Shown: positions 21,250 through 30,959, numbered from the stretch's first letter. The stretch is 64,000 nucleotides of DNA from a candidate division FCPU426 bacterium (GCA_963830915.1 CAWHOE010000010.1:1-64000), one strand, 5' to 3'. The notes: generated from the sequence alone by a model not told the origin. Numbers and translations: made by a program.

Positions 21250-22138
21250 ACATAAGAATACGCTGGCCCTGGTTCTTCCGTTCCTCATCGGCTTGAGCCT
21301 TTCCATCGTTCTGGGTATGACGGTATGGAAGTGGTTCTATCTGGTCTTCAGCTCCATCGGCCTGTTCATCTCGCTTGGCAATGCCATCCAGTCCCGCTCC
21401 CGGACACCCGACCTGGGACGACGGGTGGCTATCCTTCTGATCATGCCAATCTTCATCATCTTTTTCGGGTGCCTTCAAAGGGAGAACATGCAATTGGAGG
21501 AGACGGTCTTTTACGGCGCCTTCTTCCTGGCGGGCGGGGTTTTCACCCGGGTTCTCATCCATTATTCCATCGCCAAGGTGTTCGGGCCCCTCATCTGGGG
21601 CAGGGGTTTCTGCGGATGGGCCTGCTGGACTGCGGCGGTCCTGGATTGGCTACCTATCAAAGGAAACAAGCCCATTCCGGTGAGAGTCACATATATCCGC
21701 TGGCCGGTCCTGGCGGTTTCCCTCCTGCTTCCTTTCTTCCTGATCCGGTCGGGATATAACTATATGGAAGGACATATCCTGGGCGACGCGGGTAATCTGG
21801 TACAGACCCACAAGTGGGATCAGTTCCTTTGGTTCCTGGTGGGCAACGGCCTCTATTACTTGATTGGGGTTATCTTGGCCTTTGCCTTCAGGAAACGCAG
21901 GGCCTTCTGCAAGGTCGCATGCCCGGTGTCGCTGGTGATGAAGGTTCCTTCCCGATTCGCCCTCATCCACAAGAGGCCTTCGGGGGAGGAATGCTCGAGG
22001 TGCGGAAAGTGCAACCAGGAATGCCCGATGGACGTGGATGTGAGGGGTTATATCGAGAATGGGCTCAAGGTCTTGTCCACCGAATGCATCCTCTGCAACA
22101 AGTGTTCCCAGGTATGCCCGACCGGGGCCATCCGTTAA
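21242..22138 (+). CDS. Membrane 4Fe-4S protein (NapH/RdxA/YccM-like)
   Basis: TM helices; GRGFCGWAC, RAFCKVACP, CSRCGKCNQECP, CILCNKCSQVCP. Confidence 0.9.
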   Translation: MPEHKNTLALVLPFLIGLSLSIVLGMTVWKWFYLVFSSIGLFISLGNAIQSRSRTPDLGRRVAILLIMPIFIIFFGCLQRENMQLEETVFYGAFFLAGGVFTRVLIHYSIAKVFGPLIWGRGFCGWACWTAAVLDWLPIKGNKPIPVRVTYIRWPVLAVSLLLPFFLIRSGYNYMEGHILGDAGNLVQTHKWDQFLWFLVGNGLYYLIGVILAFAFRKRRAFCKVACPVSLVMKVPSRFALIHKRPSGEECSRCGKCNQECPMDVDVRGYIENGLKVLSTECILCNKCSQVCPTGAIR

Positions 22139-22183
22139 GAGGAAAGGGAAGTCACCTGCCATCATTCTTGGAAGAACGGCCGA

Positions 22184-23899
22184 TCAATGGATCAGGATGA
22201 GCCTTTTGAGTTTTCGGTCGTAGGGCTCCACTAAATAAAGTAGATAAACCCCGCTGGCACAGGGCCCCCCGTCCTTGTTCTTCCCGTCCCAAAAATAACT
22301 CTTCATGACGAAGTTCGTGAGGTTGTGGGTTGGGTCCAGTTGGGTGATGGCTTCGCCAGCGGTGTTGTAAACGGTCAATGAGTATTCTCCGGGATAACTG
22401 GAATAGCCGACGTAGATGGACACGCTCCCATCGGTCGAAGGGTCGAAGATGTTCTTGCTGACGTAGAAAGTGTCGAAATGGGGCAGGGTGGCCGTGGGCG
22501 TGGCGGTGTCGGTGGGAGTGTAGGTGATCGTGGGAGTGAATGTGACGGTAGGGGTATCGGTGATGGTGGGCGTGCAGGTCGCCGTCGGGGTGTCGCTGGG
22601 AGTGGCGCTGTTAGTTGGGGTGTAGGTCAGGGTAAATGTGAATGAGGGTGTGGGCGAAAGGCTAAGGGTTGGGGTATAGGTGAAGGTGGGAGAGAAGGTC
22701 AGTGTAGGACTATTGGTGGGAGTGGAAGTATCGACCGGGGTATTGGTGGAAGTCGGGGTTGAGCTAGGGGTGAACGTAAAGGTATTAGTCGGCGTAAAGG
22801 GCGGGGTGGGAGTGTAAGTAAAGGTGTTGGTCGGAACGCAGTTTCCCGCGACCGGCAAACCGACCGTGACCGGAATAGGGCTGGTTCCACTCCAGATCAC
22901 CCCTGCGGCATTGAGGATGGAACAGGGGGAGTCCTGGATGGTATTGAGGTTGGCCACGTTGTCCCACACTGTCACGCAATAGCCATTTCCGCCGAAACCC
23001 AGAGGGAATTCGAAATAAAAATAGGGACTAGTGCTATTGCTTGTGGAAAAGATCTGGGTAGGCGGGCTGTAACCTACCCAGGGACCTTGGTACCCGCCGG
23101 TCGAGGCGAGGTTCTCGTCATAGATCGTAACGGGGGTATTAATGGGTGAACCGCTGTTGCAGACCACAATGGTATAGGGCTCGTTGCCGGTGCTGTAGGA
23201 CTGGGGATAGGAAGTGAAGCCGGGGATCAGTTGGACCGACAAGGTCGGCGGGGTATAGACTACCGGATTCAAATTGAACGTCCCCCGGTAGTAAAGGTTT
23301 TGCGAGGCGTTGGTGGCAGTCCCGGTACCGTTGAAGGAGGACGCGGGCTGGATCTGGCCCGTTTCTGGGTTATACATGGATTGCAGCCAGGGGTCGTTGC
23401 CTGCGGCGACGGTCACCGGGACAGTTGTGAAATAATTGGCGCTGACCGCCGCGGAGTAATTGATCGAATACCAGGCGTTACCCGAGCCGTCCACTGTCGG
23501 GGGGGCGGAGGCGGTAACATCGTTGTACATCATGTAGCCTGGGTCGATATTGGAAAAATAAGCGTGGTCCCCGCCGAGACAGGTGACATCGATGACCCAG
23601 GAGGCCTGTAGCGAACTCATGCTGGTGTTGATGTTTTCTGCGGCGATGACATTGGTCCCCGTGTTGAAATCGGCCCCCGGGATGCCGAAAGTGGGAAGGG
23701 TTCCTGGCGCGGTGACGAAGTTGACCGGGCCGATCGGGCCATTCCCATTGATCCAAACGTCCAACGAATCGTCCGCCGAACCGTAAAGGGTGGCGGTGAC
23801 GGGAGAGCATTGTGCCTGGACCCGTTGCATTGGACCCTCGACCGCCGCCAAGACTGCGAGACAAAGGCCGATGGATACTAAAGGAAATCGTCGTTTCAA
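22184..23899 (-). CDS. Secreted protein: jelly-roll/CBM-like domain, DUF11-like domain, Thr/Pro stalk, C-terminal FlgD-Ig/T9SS-A-like domain
   Basis: Signal peptide; SADDSLDVWING...GTNVIA; TPT repeats; tail KNIFDP...VYNTAGE...WDGKN...SGVYL...KRLILIH. Confidence 0.8.
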   Translation of the reverse strand: MKRRFPLVSIGLCLAVLAAVEGPMQRVQAQCSPVTATLYGSADDSLDVWINGNGPIGPVNFVTAPGTLPTFGIPGADFNTGTNVIAAENINTSMSSLQASWVIDVTCLGGDHAYFSNIDPGYMMYNDVTASAPPTVDGSGNAWYSINYSAAVSANYFTTVPVTVAAGNDPWLQSMYNPETGQIQPASSFNGTGTATNASQNLYYRGTFNLNPVVYTPPTLSVQLIPGFTSYPQSYSTGNEPYTIVVCNSGSPINTPVTIYDENLASTGGYQGPWVGYSPPTQIFSTSNSTSPYFYFEFPLGFGGNGYCVTVWDNVANLNTIQDSPCSILNAAGVIWSGTSPIPVTVGLPVAGNCVPTNTFTYTPTPPFTPTNTFTFTPSSTPTSTNTPVDTSTPTNSPTLTFSPTFTYTPTLSLSPTPSFTFTLTYTPTNSATPSDTPTATCTPTITDTPTVTFTPTITYTPTDTATPTATLPHFDTFYVSKNIFDPSTDGSVSIYVGYSSYPGEYSLTVYNTAGEAITQLDPTHNLTNFVMKSYFWDGKNKDGGPCASGVYLLYLVEPYDRKLKRLILIH

Positions 23900-24507
23900 T
23901 TCAGTCGCTCATTTCAAATTTTGAAAAGTTAAATCCGGAACGTTGAAAAGTATACCTGATTTTCAAAAAAATAATCTCTAATGACAGGTTGAACCGTGTT
24001 CGAACTAGCGTAAGTTCTTTGGCGCGGAAGCGCTTTTTTATTTTTGAAAAAATAAAAAGCGTATCTCTGCGATGATGTTGCTTCGTTTTAATTTAAATTG
24101 ATGAGTGGTCAGGGGGGATATTGATCGGTTTGTGTTGGGGGCACTACTTGCGGTTTTTCGGTTTGGAGCGCTGCGGTTGTGGAAGTGTGATCCGAAATAC
24201 TTGGCGGGTGTCCAAGGTATTGAGTAAAGGGATATTCATTTGGCCTTGAAGACGATGTAATCATCCCACCAATAATCATTTTGATAGGTCGGTTGGCCGT
24301 GGAATAGGACAGGCAATCAATAAGGGAAAAGGTGACGCCCACTTTAATGCGTTTATACATAAGTAAAGTACTTATTAGTATTGGAACTGCGTTAAACTAA
24401 ATATGGGTGTTTTACCCGGTTAAATGGTCAGGCCTGTTGGATGGGTTATCGTAAGGCTGGCGTGTCGGGAAAAACGTACTTCTGGTCAGTGTTCAGAAAG
24501 GCATAAC

Positions 24508-24963
24508 ATGATTCGTTTGAAAGCAAAGGGTTTCACGTTGATCGAGTTGATGATCGTTGTCGCGATCATCGGGATCTTGGCGGCCATCGCCATCCCGCGT
24601 TTCGCGCAGATGTTGGAAAAGTCTCGCGAGGGTTCTACTAAGGGAAATTTGGGTAGCATCAAGTCCGCCGCGTCCATTTACTATGGGGATACCCAAGGTA
24701 TATGGCCGTCAACTCTGCAGTCCTTCACTGGGTATGCGTTCAGCAAGTACCTGGACAATATTTCGCCGGTCAAGGTCACCGGGGCTTTTGTTGTCGGGGC
24801 TACCAGCCCAACGGGCGCGTTGGTCTCGATGACGGCGGCTACTTCGGTTCCGACCACGGCGGCAACGGGTTGGTTGTATGATAGTACGTACGGGAACGTA
24901 TACGTAAACAGTACGGTCAAGGATTCCAAGCAGATCCCTTATTCCTTTTATGGATATGAGTGA
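24508..24963 (+). CDS. Type IV pilin-like protein, copy 1
   Basis: KG|FTLIELMIVVAIIGILAAIAIP prepilin motif; 151 aa from ATG 24508. Confidence 0.92.
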   Translation: MIRLKAKGFTLIELMIVVAIIGILAAIAIPRFAQMLEKSREGSTKGNLGSIKSAASIYYGDTQGIWPSTLQSFTGYAFSKYLDNISPVKVTGAFVVGATSPTGALVSMTAATSVPTTAATGWLYDSTYGNVYVNSTVKDSKQIPYSFYGYE

Positions 24964-24985
24964 GCTAGCTTAGATAAAGCATTGT

Positions 24986-25020
24986 AAAAGGGCGACCAGG
25001 GTTCTGGCCGCCCTTTTTTT
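24986..25020 (+). terminator. Intrinsic terminator after pilin 1
   Basis: AAAAGGGCGACCAG/CTGGCCGCCCTTTTTTT. Confidence 0.85.
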
Positions 25021-25266
25021 ATGCCGAAAGTATTTGTTGGGTGTGTTATTTCAAACCCCTAAACCCAATATCTGGAGATTTTATCAACAATCGAAAAGCT
25101 CTGTTCTGAACCAGTTTTACAGCCGGAGTAATTAAGAGTATCATTTTTCTAGGGTGTTTGGGTCTGACGTCCCTGGAATGGGTCGGCTTCCGCTGTTATG
25201 GAACGTCAAAACGCTTGAGTGTCAGCAGAAGCCCGGAACAAATATGTTTTTGTATGGAGGTGAACT

Positions 25267-25722
25267 ATGCTTCACTTGAAAACGAAAGCGTTCACTTTGA
25301 TCGAGCTGATGATCGTGGTCGCGATCATCGGGATTTTGGCGGCTATCGCCATCCCCCGTTTCGCGCAGATGCTGGAAAAGTCTCGGGAGGGTTCGACTAA
25401 GGGAGATTTGGGAAGTATCAAGTCGGCCGTTTCGATCTACTATGGGGATTCACAGGGCATTTGGCCAACGACCTTGCAATCCTTCACGGGGTACGCTTTC
25501 AGCAAGTACTTGGATAATATCCAGAACGTCAAGGTGACTGGTTCTTTCGTCGTTGGAGCGACGAGCCCGGTAGGCAGTAAAGTATCGATGACGACCGCGA
25601 CTTCGGTCCCATCGACTGCTGCGACGGGTTGGTTGTATGACAGTACTTACGGCAACGTTTATGTGAACAGTACGGTCAAGGATTCTAAGCAAATCCCATA
25701 CTCCTTCTATGGATACGAGTGA
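25267..25722 (+). CDS. Type IV pilin-like protein, copy 2
   Basis: KA|FTLIELMIVV motif; GGAGG RBS; 151 aa. Confidence 0.92.
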   Translation: MLHLKTKAFTLIELMIVVAIIGILAAIAIPRFAQMLEKSREGSTKGDLGSIKSAVSIYYGDSQGIWPTTLQSFTGYAFSKYLDNIQNVKVTGSFVVGATSPVGSKVSMTTATSVPSTAATGWLYDSTYGNVYVNSTVKDSKQIPYSFYGYE

Positions 25723-25743
25723 TCTGAACTGTAGAAAGAAGTG

Positions 25744-25779
25744 AAAAAGGGCGGCGATTTTTTCGCCGCCCTTTTTTTT
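25744..25779 (+). terminator. Intrinsic terminator after pilin 2
   Basis: AAAAAGGGCGGCGA/TCGCCGCCCTTTTTTTT. Confidence 0.85.
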
Positions 25780-25992
25780 ATTTCGACACGATTGGAAATG
25801 GGGAAAACCTAGAAAGTTATGGGTGGTTAAAGCAAGGAATGGCAAAGGTTAAACGGGAATAGTTGGGCAAAATATGGTAGAATTGCTTTGGGTCAACGTT
25901 TCACGGTCAATCTTGTCTTTTCTTGAAAGTGAAATGTTATAAAAGGGTCGTCCGGTATATTCGGGCGAGTATGGAAATGGGTGAGGTGAACC

Positions 25993-26448
25993 ATGATTCG
26001 TTTGAAAGCCAAAGGGTTTACTCTGATCGAGTTGATGATCGTGGTCGCGATCATTGGGATCTTGGCGGCTATCGCCATCCCGCGGTTCGCTCAGATGTTG
26101 GAAAAGTCTCGCGAGGGGGCGACCAAGGGATATTTGGGAGCTCTCAAGTCTGCCGTATCTGTTTACTATGGGGACGCTCAGGGTGTATGGCCGACCACGT
26201 TGCAGACTTTTTCGGCCTACGCCTTCAGCCGGTACCTGGATAATATCGCTGCGGTCAAGGCGACAGGGTCGTTTGTTGTCGGAGCCACCAATCCGACGGG
26301 CAATTTGGTGACGATGACAACAGGCACATCTGTCCCGGTCGCGGCGGCGACGGGTTGGTTGTACGATAGTACCTTCGGGGATGTTTATGTGAATAGTACG
26401 GTCAAAGATTCTAAGCAGATCCCCTACTCCTTCTATGGGTACGAGTGA
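25993..26448 (+). CDS. Type IV pilin-like protein, copy 3
   Basis: KG|FTLIELMIVV motif; GAGGTG RBS; 151 aa. Confidence 0.92.
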   Translation: MIRLKAKGFTLIELMIVVAIIGILAAIAIPRFAQMLEKSREGATKGYLGALKSAVSVYYGDAQGVWPTTLQTFSAYAFSRYLDNIAAVKATGSFVVGATNPTGNLVTMTTGTSVPVAAATGWLYDSTFGDVYVNSTVKDSKQIPYSFYGYE

Positions 26449-26471
26449 TCTAGCTTAAGGGACGTTGTAAT

Positions 26472-26505
26472 AAAAGGGCGGCCAGGGAACTGGCCGCCCT
26501 TTTTT
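26472..26505 (+). terminator. Intrinsic terminator after pilin 3
   Basis: AAAAGGGCGGCCAG/CTGGCCGCCCTTTTTT. Confidence 0.85.
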
Positions 26506-26610
26506 GTTTCTTGGGTTATCGCATTGACGCAAAAAATACTTTCTTCTGAGTAACCTATAGGAATCAAAGGAGCCGTTTGTATAGAATCAATCCCGCTATA
26601 TATAGAGGAG

Positions 26611-28980
26611 ATGATTATGAAACGAACGACGTTCCCCATACACCTGGTTTTTGTCCTTTTAATAGCCTGGGCTTTGACTGCAAAAGCCAGCGCCGCTTCC
26701 CACAAGAATACTCAAAAAGCAGAGCCGTTCTTCGTCCTGTCGGGCCGCGTTCTGGAAAAAGGGACCAAAGCCCCCGTCTTGGGCGGAAGCCTTTATATAG
26801 AACCGCTCGGCAACACCCTCGAGACCGCGTCCTCTCCCGCCCCTCAACCCCTTTCAGCCGAAACGGACCTGAAAGGTAATTACACCCTCTCGCTCCCGGC
26901 AGGGGATTATCGGGTGACCGTCGCGGGTGAAGGGTTCAAGAAACGGGTTCTCGAGACTTTCGCTGTCAAGCAAGACAACCGGAAAGATTTTTACCTGGAA
27001 AGGGAGGGCTTCACCCTTCCTGAGGTGGTGGTTTCCACCAGCAAGGTTCCCAAGACCCAGGTGAGCCACGAGTCCATGAGCAAGGAAGAGTTGGTGGAGG
27101 TACCTGGTACCCAGGAAGACGTGCTGAAGGCCGTCCAGACCTTGCCAGGTGTGGTGACCGCCGGGTCCCTCAACGGCCAGCTGTTGGTGCGGGGAAACGG
27201 GCCCAACGACAACCAGTATTACGTGGATAATATCCCCATCGGATACCCTTATCATTTCGGCATCGTTTCGACGCTGGATTCCAACCTGGTCAAGGACCTG
27301 GACTTCTATTCGGGCGGTTACGGTCCCCAGTTCGCCAACTCCCTGGGGGGGCTGGTGGACGTGACCCAGAGGGACCCCCGTTCCGACCGCTGGGGCTTCC
27401 GCGCGGACGTGAACTTGTTCCTTTCCGAGTTCGAGATCGAGGGGCCGGTCACTTCCGACAGCTCGCTGGCTATCGCCGGGCGCCGGAGCTACCTGGACCT
27501 TTTCATCAAGGACTTTACGGGCAACGCCGGCACCATCGAAGTGCCTGAATTCAGCGACTATCAGGTGAAATACAGCTACAACCCCTCCTCCCAGGTGCAT
27601 TGGGATTTCCAGGCCCTGGGAAGCGCCGATTCCATCAGCGGGGATATTTCCGCCTCGGCCACTTTCACGGCCAATGACCCGGACCTGGTGGGAAATTTCA
27701 ATTACACCAACGGCTACAACAACCAGGGCATCAACTTCCGGGACCTGCTGAACAGCCAGGATAAGATCGCCAACACCCTCTACCACACCAACAGCTATTT
27801 CGACATCGCCCTGGGGGCGGGCCTTTACCAGGACAACAACATCGAGGATTTTGGGGACAAGTTCTCCCTCACCCACGATTTTGATTCTGACACCAGCCTG
27901 GAAGGGGGATTGGAGTTCGACCATTTCGTCAACTCACTGAACGCCTATTTCCCCGCCTATCTTAATGAGAACGGCCGGCCCGACCCGGGGTTCAATTTCA
28001 CCACCGCCGATAAGCTTTCCGCTCTGGACATTACCAGTTCCAATGACGCCTCGGTCTATCTGACCCAGAAGTTCAAGGCGCTAGAAAAGAAACTGGAGAT
28101 TTCGGTGGGTGCCAGGGCCGATTACGTGAATTCCGATTCCACGGTCTTCGTCACCCCCCGGTTAGCCGCGGCCTATCACCTGACGAGGGATACTACCTTC
28201 AAGGCGTCCTACGGACTGTTCAACGAGTCGCCCGACCGCATCCTGGGCGCTCCCTACCTGGATGCCAGCCTGGGCAATCCACACCTAGCGCCCGAACAAT
28301 CCTACGACACGGTGTTGGGGGTGGAGCAAAAGCTGAACGATTCCGGGTTGTTCTTCAGGGTCGAGGGCTATGAGAAGGACTTTTTCAACCTCATCGTGGT
28401 CAACAACGCGGCTACCCCTCCCATCGGTCAGGCCTACTTGAACACAGGGACGGGAAACGCCCAGGGATTGGAATTCCTCCTGCGCCAGCCTCCCACCGAC
28501 CGGTTCTTCGGGTGGATCGCCTACTCCCTGAGCACCTCCAAACGGCTGGACCAGGCCGGAAGCAATTCCTATCCCTTCCAGTACGACGAGCCCAACTGCC
28601 TGACGGCGGTGGGCACTTACAAACTGAACCCCGGTTGGGATATGGGGGTGAAGGTGCTTTATTCCACAGGCCTGCCCTACACGCCCATGGCGAACGGGGG
28701 CACGACGGTCGTTACCGTCGGGGGTCAACCCGCCACCATCACCCTGGCCCAGGTCTCCCCCACCGATTCTGCCCGCCTGCCCGATTATTTCCGAGTGGAT
28801 TTTTCAACCTCGCTCAATACCGTTTATGACACCTGGGAATGGCGTTTCTACTTGGATATCGTGAACCTGCTGGCTACCAAGAACGTGTTGGGCTACAGCT
28901 ACAACTCGACCTATACCCAGAGGACCACGGAGAACGACTTGCCCCTATTGCCCTACTTGGGCTTCGAGATGAAGTATTAA
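26611..28980 (+). CDS. TonB-dependent receptor with N-terminal carboxypeptidase-regulatory-like domain
   Basis: SGRVLEKGTKAPV...TDLKGNY; AVQTLPGV, VRGNGPNDNQYYVD, GGYGPQF; RLPDYFRVD; ends LGFEMKY. Confidence 0.9.
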   Translation: MIMKRTTFPIHLVFVLLIAWALTAKASAASHKNTQKAEPFFVLSGRVLEKGTKAPVLGGSLYIEPLGNTLETASSPAPQPLSAETDLKGNYTLSLPAGDYRVTVAGEGFKKRVLETFAVKQDNRKDFYLEREGFTLPEVVVSTSKVPKTQVSHESMSKEELVEVPGTQEDVLKAVQTLPGVVTAGSLNGQLLVRGNGPNDNQYYVDNIPIGYPYHFGIVSTLDSNLVKDLDFYSGGYGPQFANSLGGLVDVTQRDPRSDRWGFRADVNLFLSEFEIEGPVTSDSSLAIAGRRSYLDLFIKDFTGNAGTIEVPEFSDYQVKYSYNPSSQVHWDFQALGSADSISGDISASATFTANDPDLVGNFNYTNGYNNQGINFRDLLNSQDKIANTLYHTNSYFDIALGAGLYQDNNIEDFGDKFSLTHDFDSDTSLEGGLEFDHFVNSLNAYFPAYLNENGRPDPGFNFTTADKLSALDITSSNDASVYLTQKFKALEKKLEISVGARADYVNSDSTVFVTPRLAAAYHLTRDTTFKASYGLFNESPDRILGAPYLDASLGNPHLAPEQSYDTVLGVEQKLNDSGLFFRVEGYEKDFFNLIVVNNAATPPIGQAYLNTGTGNAQGLEFLLRQPPTDRFFGWIAYSLSTSKRLDQAGSNSYPFQYDEPNCLTAVGTYKLNPGWDMGVKVLYSTGLPYTPMANGGTTVVTVGGQPATITLAQVSPTDSARLPDYFRVDFSTSLNTVYDTWEWRFYLDIVNLLATKNVLGYSYNSTYTQRTTENDLPLLPYLGFEMKY

Positions 28981-29090
28981 GGCGAGTTAGACCCTTCCAC
29001 CCCATAAAATCTCGAAATAGATAGAAAATATTTCGATCGCCCCGGTCGGAGCGAGAATATGGCGGAAGGGTTAAACGTACATCATCCAAA

Positions 29091-29152
29091 TGAAAACGAT
29101 TTTATGAATAAATGCTATTTATGTTTAGGTGTTCCCCAAGATAACGCTTTCA
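29091..29152. promoter_or_regulatory. Two candidate LacI-family (cre-like) operators
   Basis: TGAAAACGATTTTA (29091-29104) and AGATAACGCTTTCA (29139-29152) resemble TGNAANCGNTTNCA. Confidence 0.45.
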
Positions 29153-29272
29153 TATGTTTCCTGTCATATAGCGCTGAAAAACTGTCCGGTTATTATCCCA
29201 CCCGCTGTTATCTAACCAACGGTCGTCCTTTTTCCCTTGGGGAAACGGCGACCCAATAAAGGAGCCTTTTTT

Positions 29273-30634
29273 ATGAAGAAGAGGATTTTGTTCCTTGGTC
29301 TTTTCGCCTTTTGGTCTTTCGTGATCATCAGTTGTTCTTCGAAGAGCCCGTCGACGCCTGTGGCGAATACGGCGACCCCTGTGCCGCCGACAGCGACTGC
29401 CACCATGACGGCGACCGCTACGATTGGTAGTCCGACAGCTTCACCAACGCCATCTAATTCTCCAACTCCCTCGTATTCGCCCACGCCTTCGGCGACCTTC
29501 TGCACGACCGTGGCGTTCCAAACCACCTACACCTTCGCCAGCAGCACCGATTGCTGGCATGGCGATATCTATGGAGGGAGCTCCAATATCGTCATCACGG
29601 GTGAGGGGATATCCACTTCCCAGGTCCATACGGGAAGCACAGGGTCCTTGCAGTTCGCGGTGACGGCGAACAGTTCCTCCGCCGCCCAGTTGCAGATCGA
29701 AGTCACCCTGCCGGTCGACCAGGACTTCAATGGCGGGACCATCGACGCCTATATCTATTGCGACGCCAGCCTGGGCAATACTGGCGCCATGCTGTTCGAC
29801 CAGAGCGTGACGGCGGTTGGCGGGTCCAGCGCGACCTATCCCATGGAAACTTCATGGACCAATATCACCGGCGGCACCTGGATCAAGATGACCCAGTTGG
29901 TCTCGGGTAGCGGCACCGTGAACACCCACCATGTTTCCCAGTTCGGTGTACAGATCCCCGGTATCACGGCTGGCCACGCGGGCAACATCTATTTGGATAA
30001 CGTGGTCTTGACCATCCCGGTCGGGAACACGCCGACCCCGACCTATACGCCCACACCGGTAACCAACGGTTCCTATACCTGGGAAGATAACAATGTGGAT
30101 TACTGGGGTGTGTGGAACCCGGGTTCCAACTACACCATGGCTGTTACCTCCATCACCGGTCTGGGTTCGACGGCGACGACAGGGGATAGCAGCAATTACG
30201 GGTTGGATGTGACCCTGGCCCTTGCGGGCGGTAACGACCTCCAAGTCGCGGTCAGTGGCGGGAATGGGACCACCTATACCAATTTCCCAATGAACTGGTC
30301 TAGCCTGGGAGCGACCGGCATCCGTTGCCAGGTCTTTGTCCCGGCCGGCACCTTCAACGGTGGTAACGAGACTTGGATCGTGGGAGGCTTGTTCGTTCAG
30401 GCAGGAAGCCCGACACAAAACATCTACGGCATGTGTTATACGCCCGGTACCATCAGCCCTGATCCTGTCCAGCTTACTAACACGGGCGGATGGCAGACCC
30501 TCAACTACGTCCCCAGCGGAAGCAGTTGGTCGACTGATGAGACGTCCGTTTCTGCGGTGGGGATCGATTTCAATCTCGGTTCCACGCAGGGCGCGACTTC
30601 AGAGTTCATCATCGACAATTTCCAGATATATTAA
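29273..30634 (+). CDS. Lipoprotein with Thr/Pro linker and two CBM-like (galactose-binding fold) domains
   Basis: AAGGAG RBS; MKKRILF...IIS-C lipobox; domains end in GNIYLDNV and FIIDNFQIY. Confidence 0.75.
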   Translation: MKKRILFLGLFAFWSFVIISCSSKSPSTPVANTATPVPPTATATMTATATIGSPTASPTPSNSPTPSYSPTPSATFCTTVAFQTTYTFASSTDCWHGDIYGGSSNIVITGEGISTSQVHTGSTGSLQFAVTANSSSAAQLQIEVTLPVDQDFNGGTIDAYIYCDASLGNTGAMLFDQSVTAVGGSSATYPMETSWTNITGGTWIKMTQLVSGSGTVNTHHVSQFGVQIPGITAGHAGNIYLDNVVLTIPVGNTPTPTYTPTPVTNGSYTWEDNNVDYWGVWNPGSNYTMAVTSITGLGSTATTGDSSNYGLDVTLALAGGNDLQVAVSGGNGTTYTNFPMNWSSLGATGIRCQVFVPAGTFNGGNETWIVGGLFVQAGSPTQNIYGMCYTPGTISPDPVQLTNTGGWQTLNYVPSGSSWSTDETSVSAVGIDFNLGSTQGATSEFIIDNFQIY

Positions 30635-30651
30635 TCGGTCGTAGGAAACGC

Positions 30652-30688
30652 AAAAGCCCGTCTCCCGAAAAGGGGACGGGCTTTTTTT
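30652..30688. terminator. Bidirectional intrinsic terminator
   Basis: AAAAGCCCGTCTCC/GGGGACGGGCTTTT. Confidence 0.85.
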
Positions 30689-30827
30689 ATTGGGGGAGGC
30701 GGGGTAGAGGCCTGGTCAGGTCTGTGTTTTGCTGGCCCAATAACATCAGAGCACAAAAGATACCAACCGCGAGCAAGAGGGCCAACAAGAGGAAAAGGAT
30801 GAGCTTGATGACTTGTCTTCGGGTCAT
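30687..30827 (-). CDS. Small single-pass membrane protein
   Basis: MTRRQVIKLILFLLLALLLAVGIFCALMLL; converges on the bidirectional terminator. Confidence 0.45.
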   Translation of the reverse strand: MTRRQVIKLILFLLLALLLAVGIFCALMLLGQQNTDLTRPLPRLPQ

Positions 30828-30959
30828 TCCCTGTGCTCCGTTAGAAAATTTGACCATTTCATGATTGTGAGGATCAGCAACATGGTACAAATTACGGGAA
30901 TTTTGGGTGGATAAAATATTGAAATGTTCACTTAATATATATTATAGAGCCTCGTAAAT

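Noticed and set aside
24130..24155. Sigma-54 promoter for the pilins (GGCACTACTTGC)
   Set aside because: Spacing from GGCAC to TTGC is 2 bp too short for the -24/-12 consensus, and there is no equivalent upstream of copies 2 and 3.
24508..26448. Conductive e-pili, given the Geobacter PilA-like N-terminus and 18 aromatics in 143 mature residues of copy 1
   Set aside because: Position 27 is Met and there are aromatic-free gaps of 25 and 27 residues; the N-terminal helix is generic to type IV pilins.
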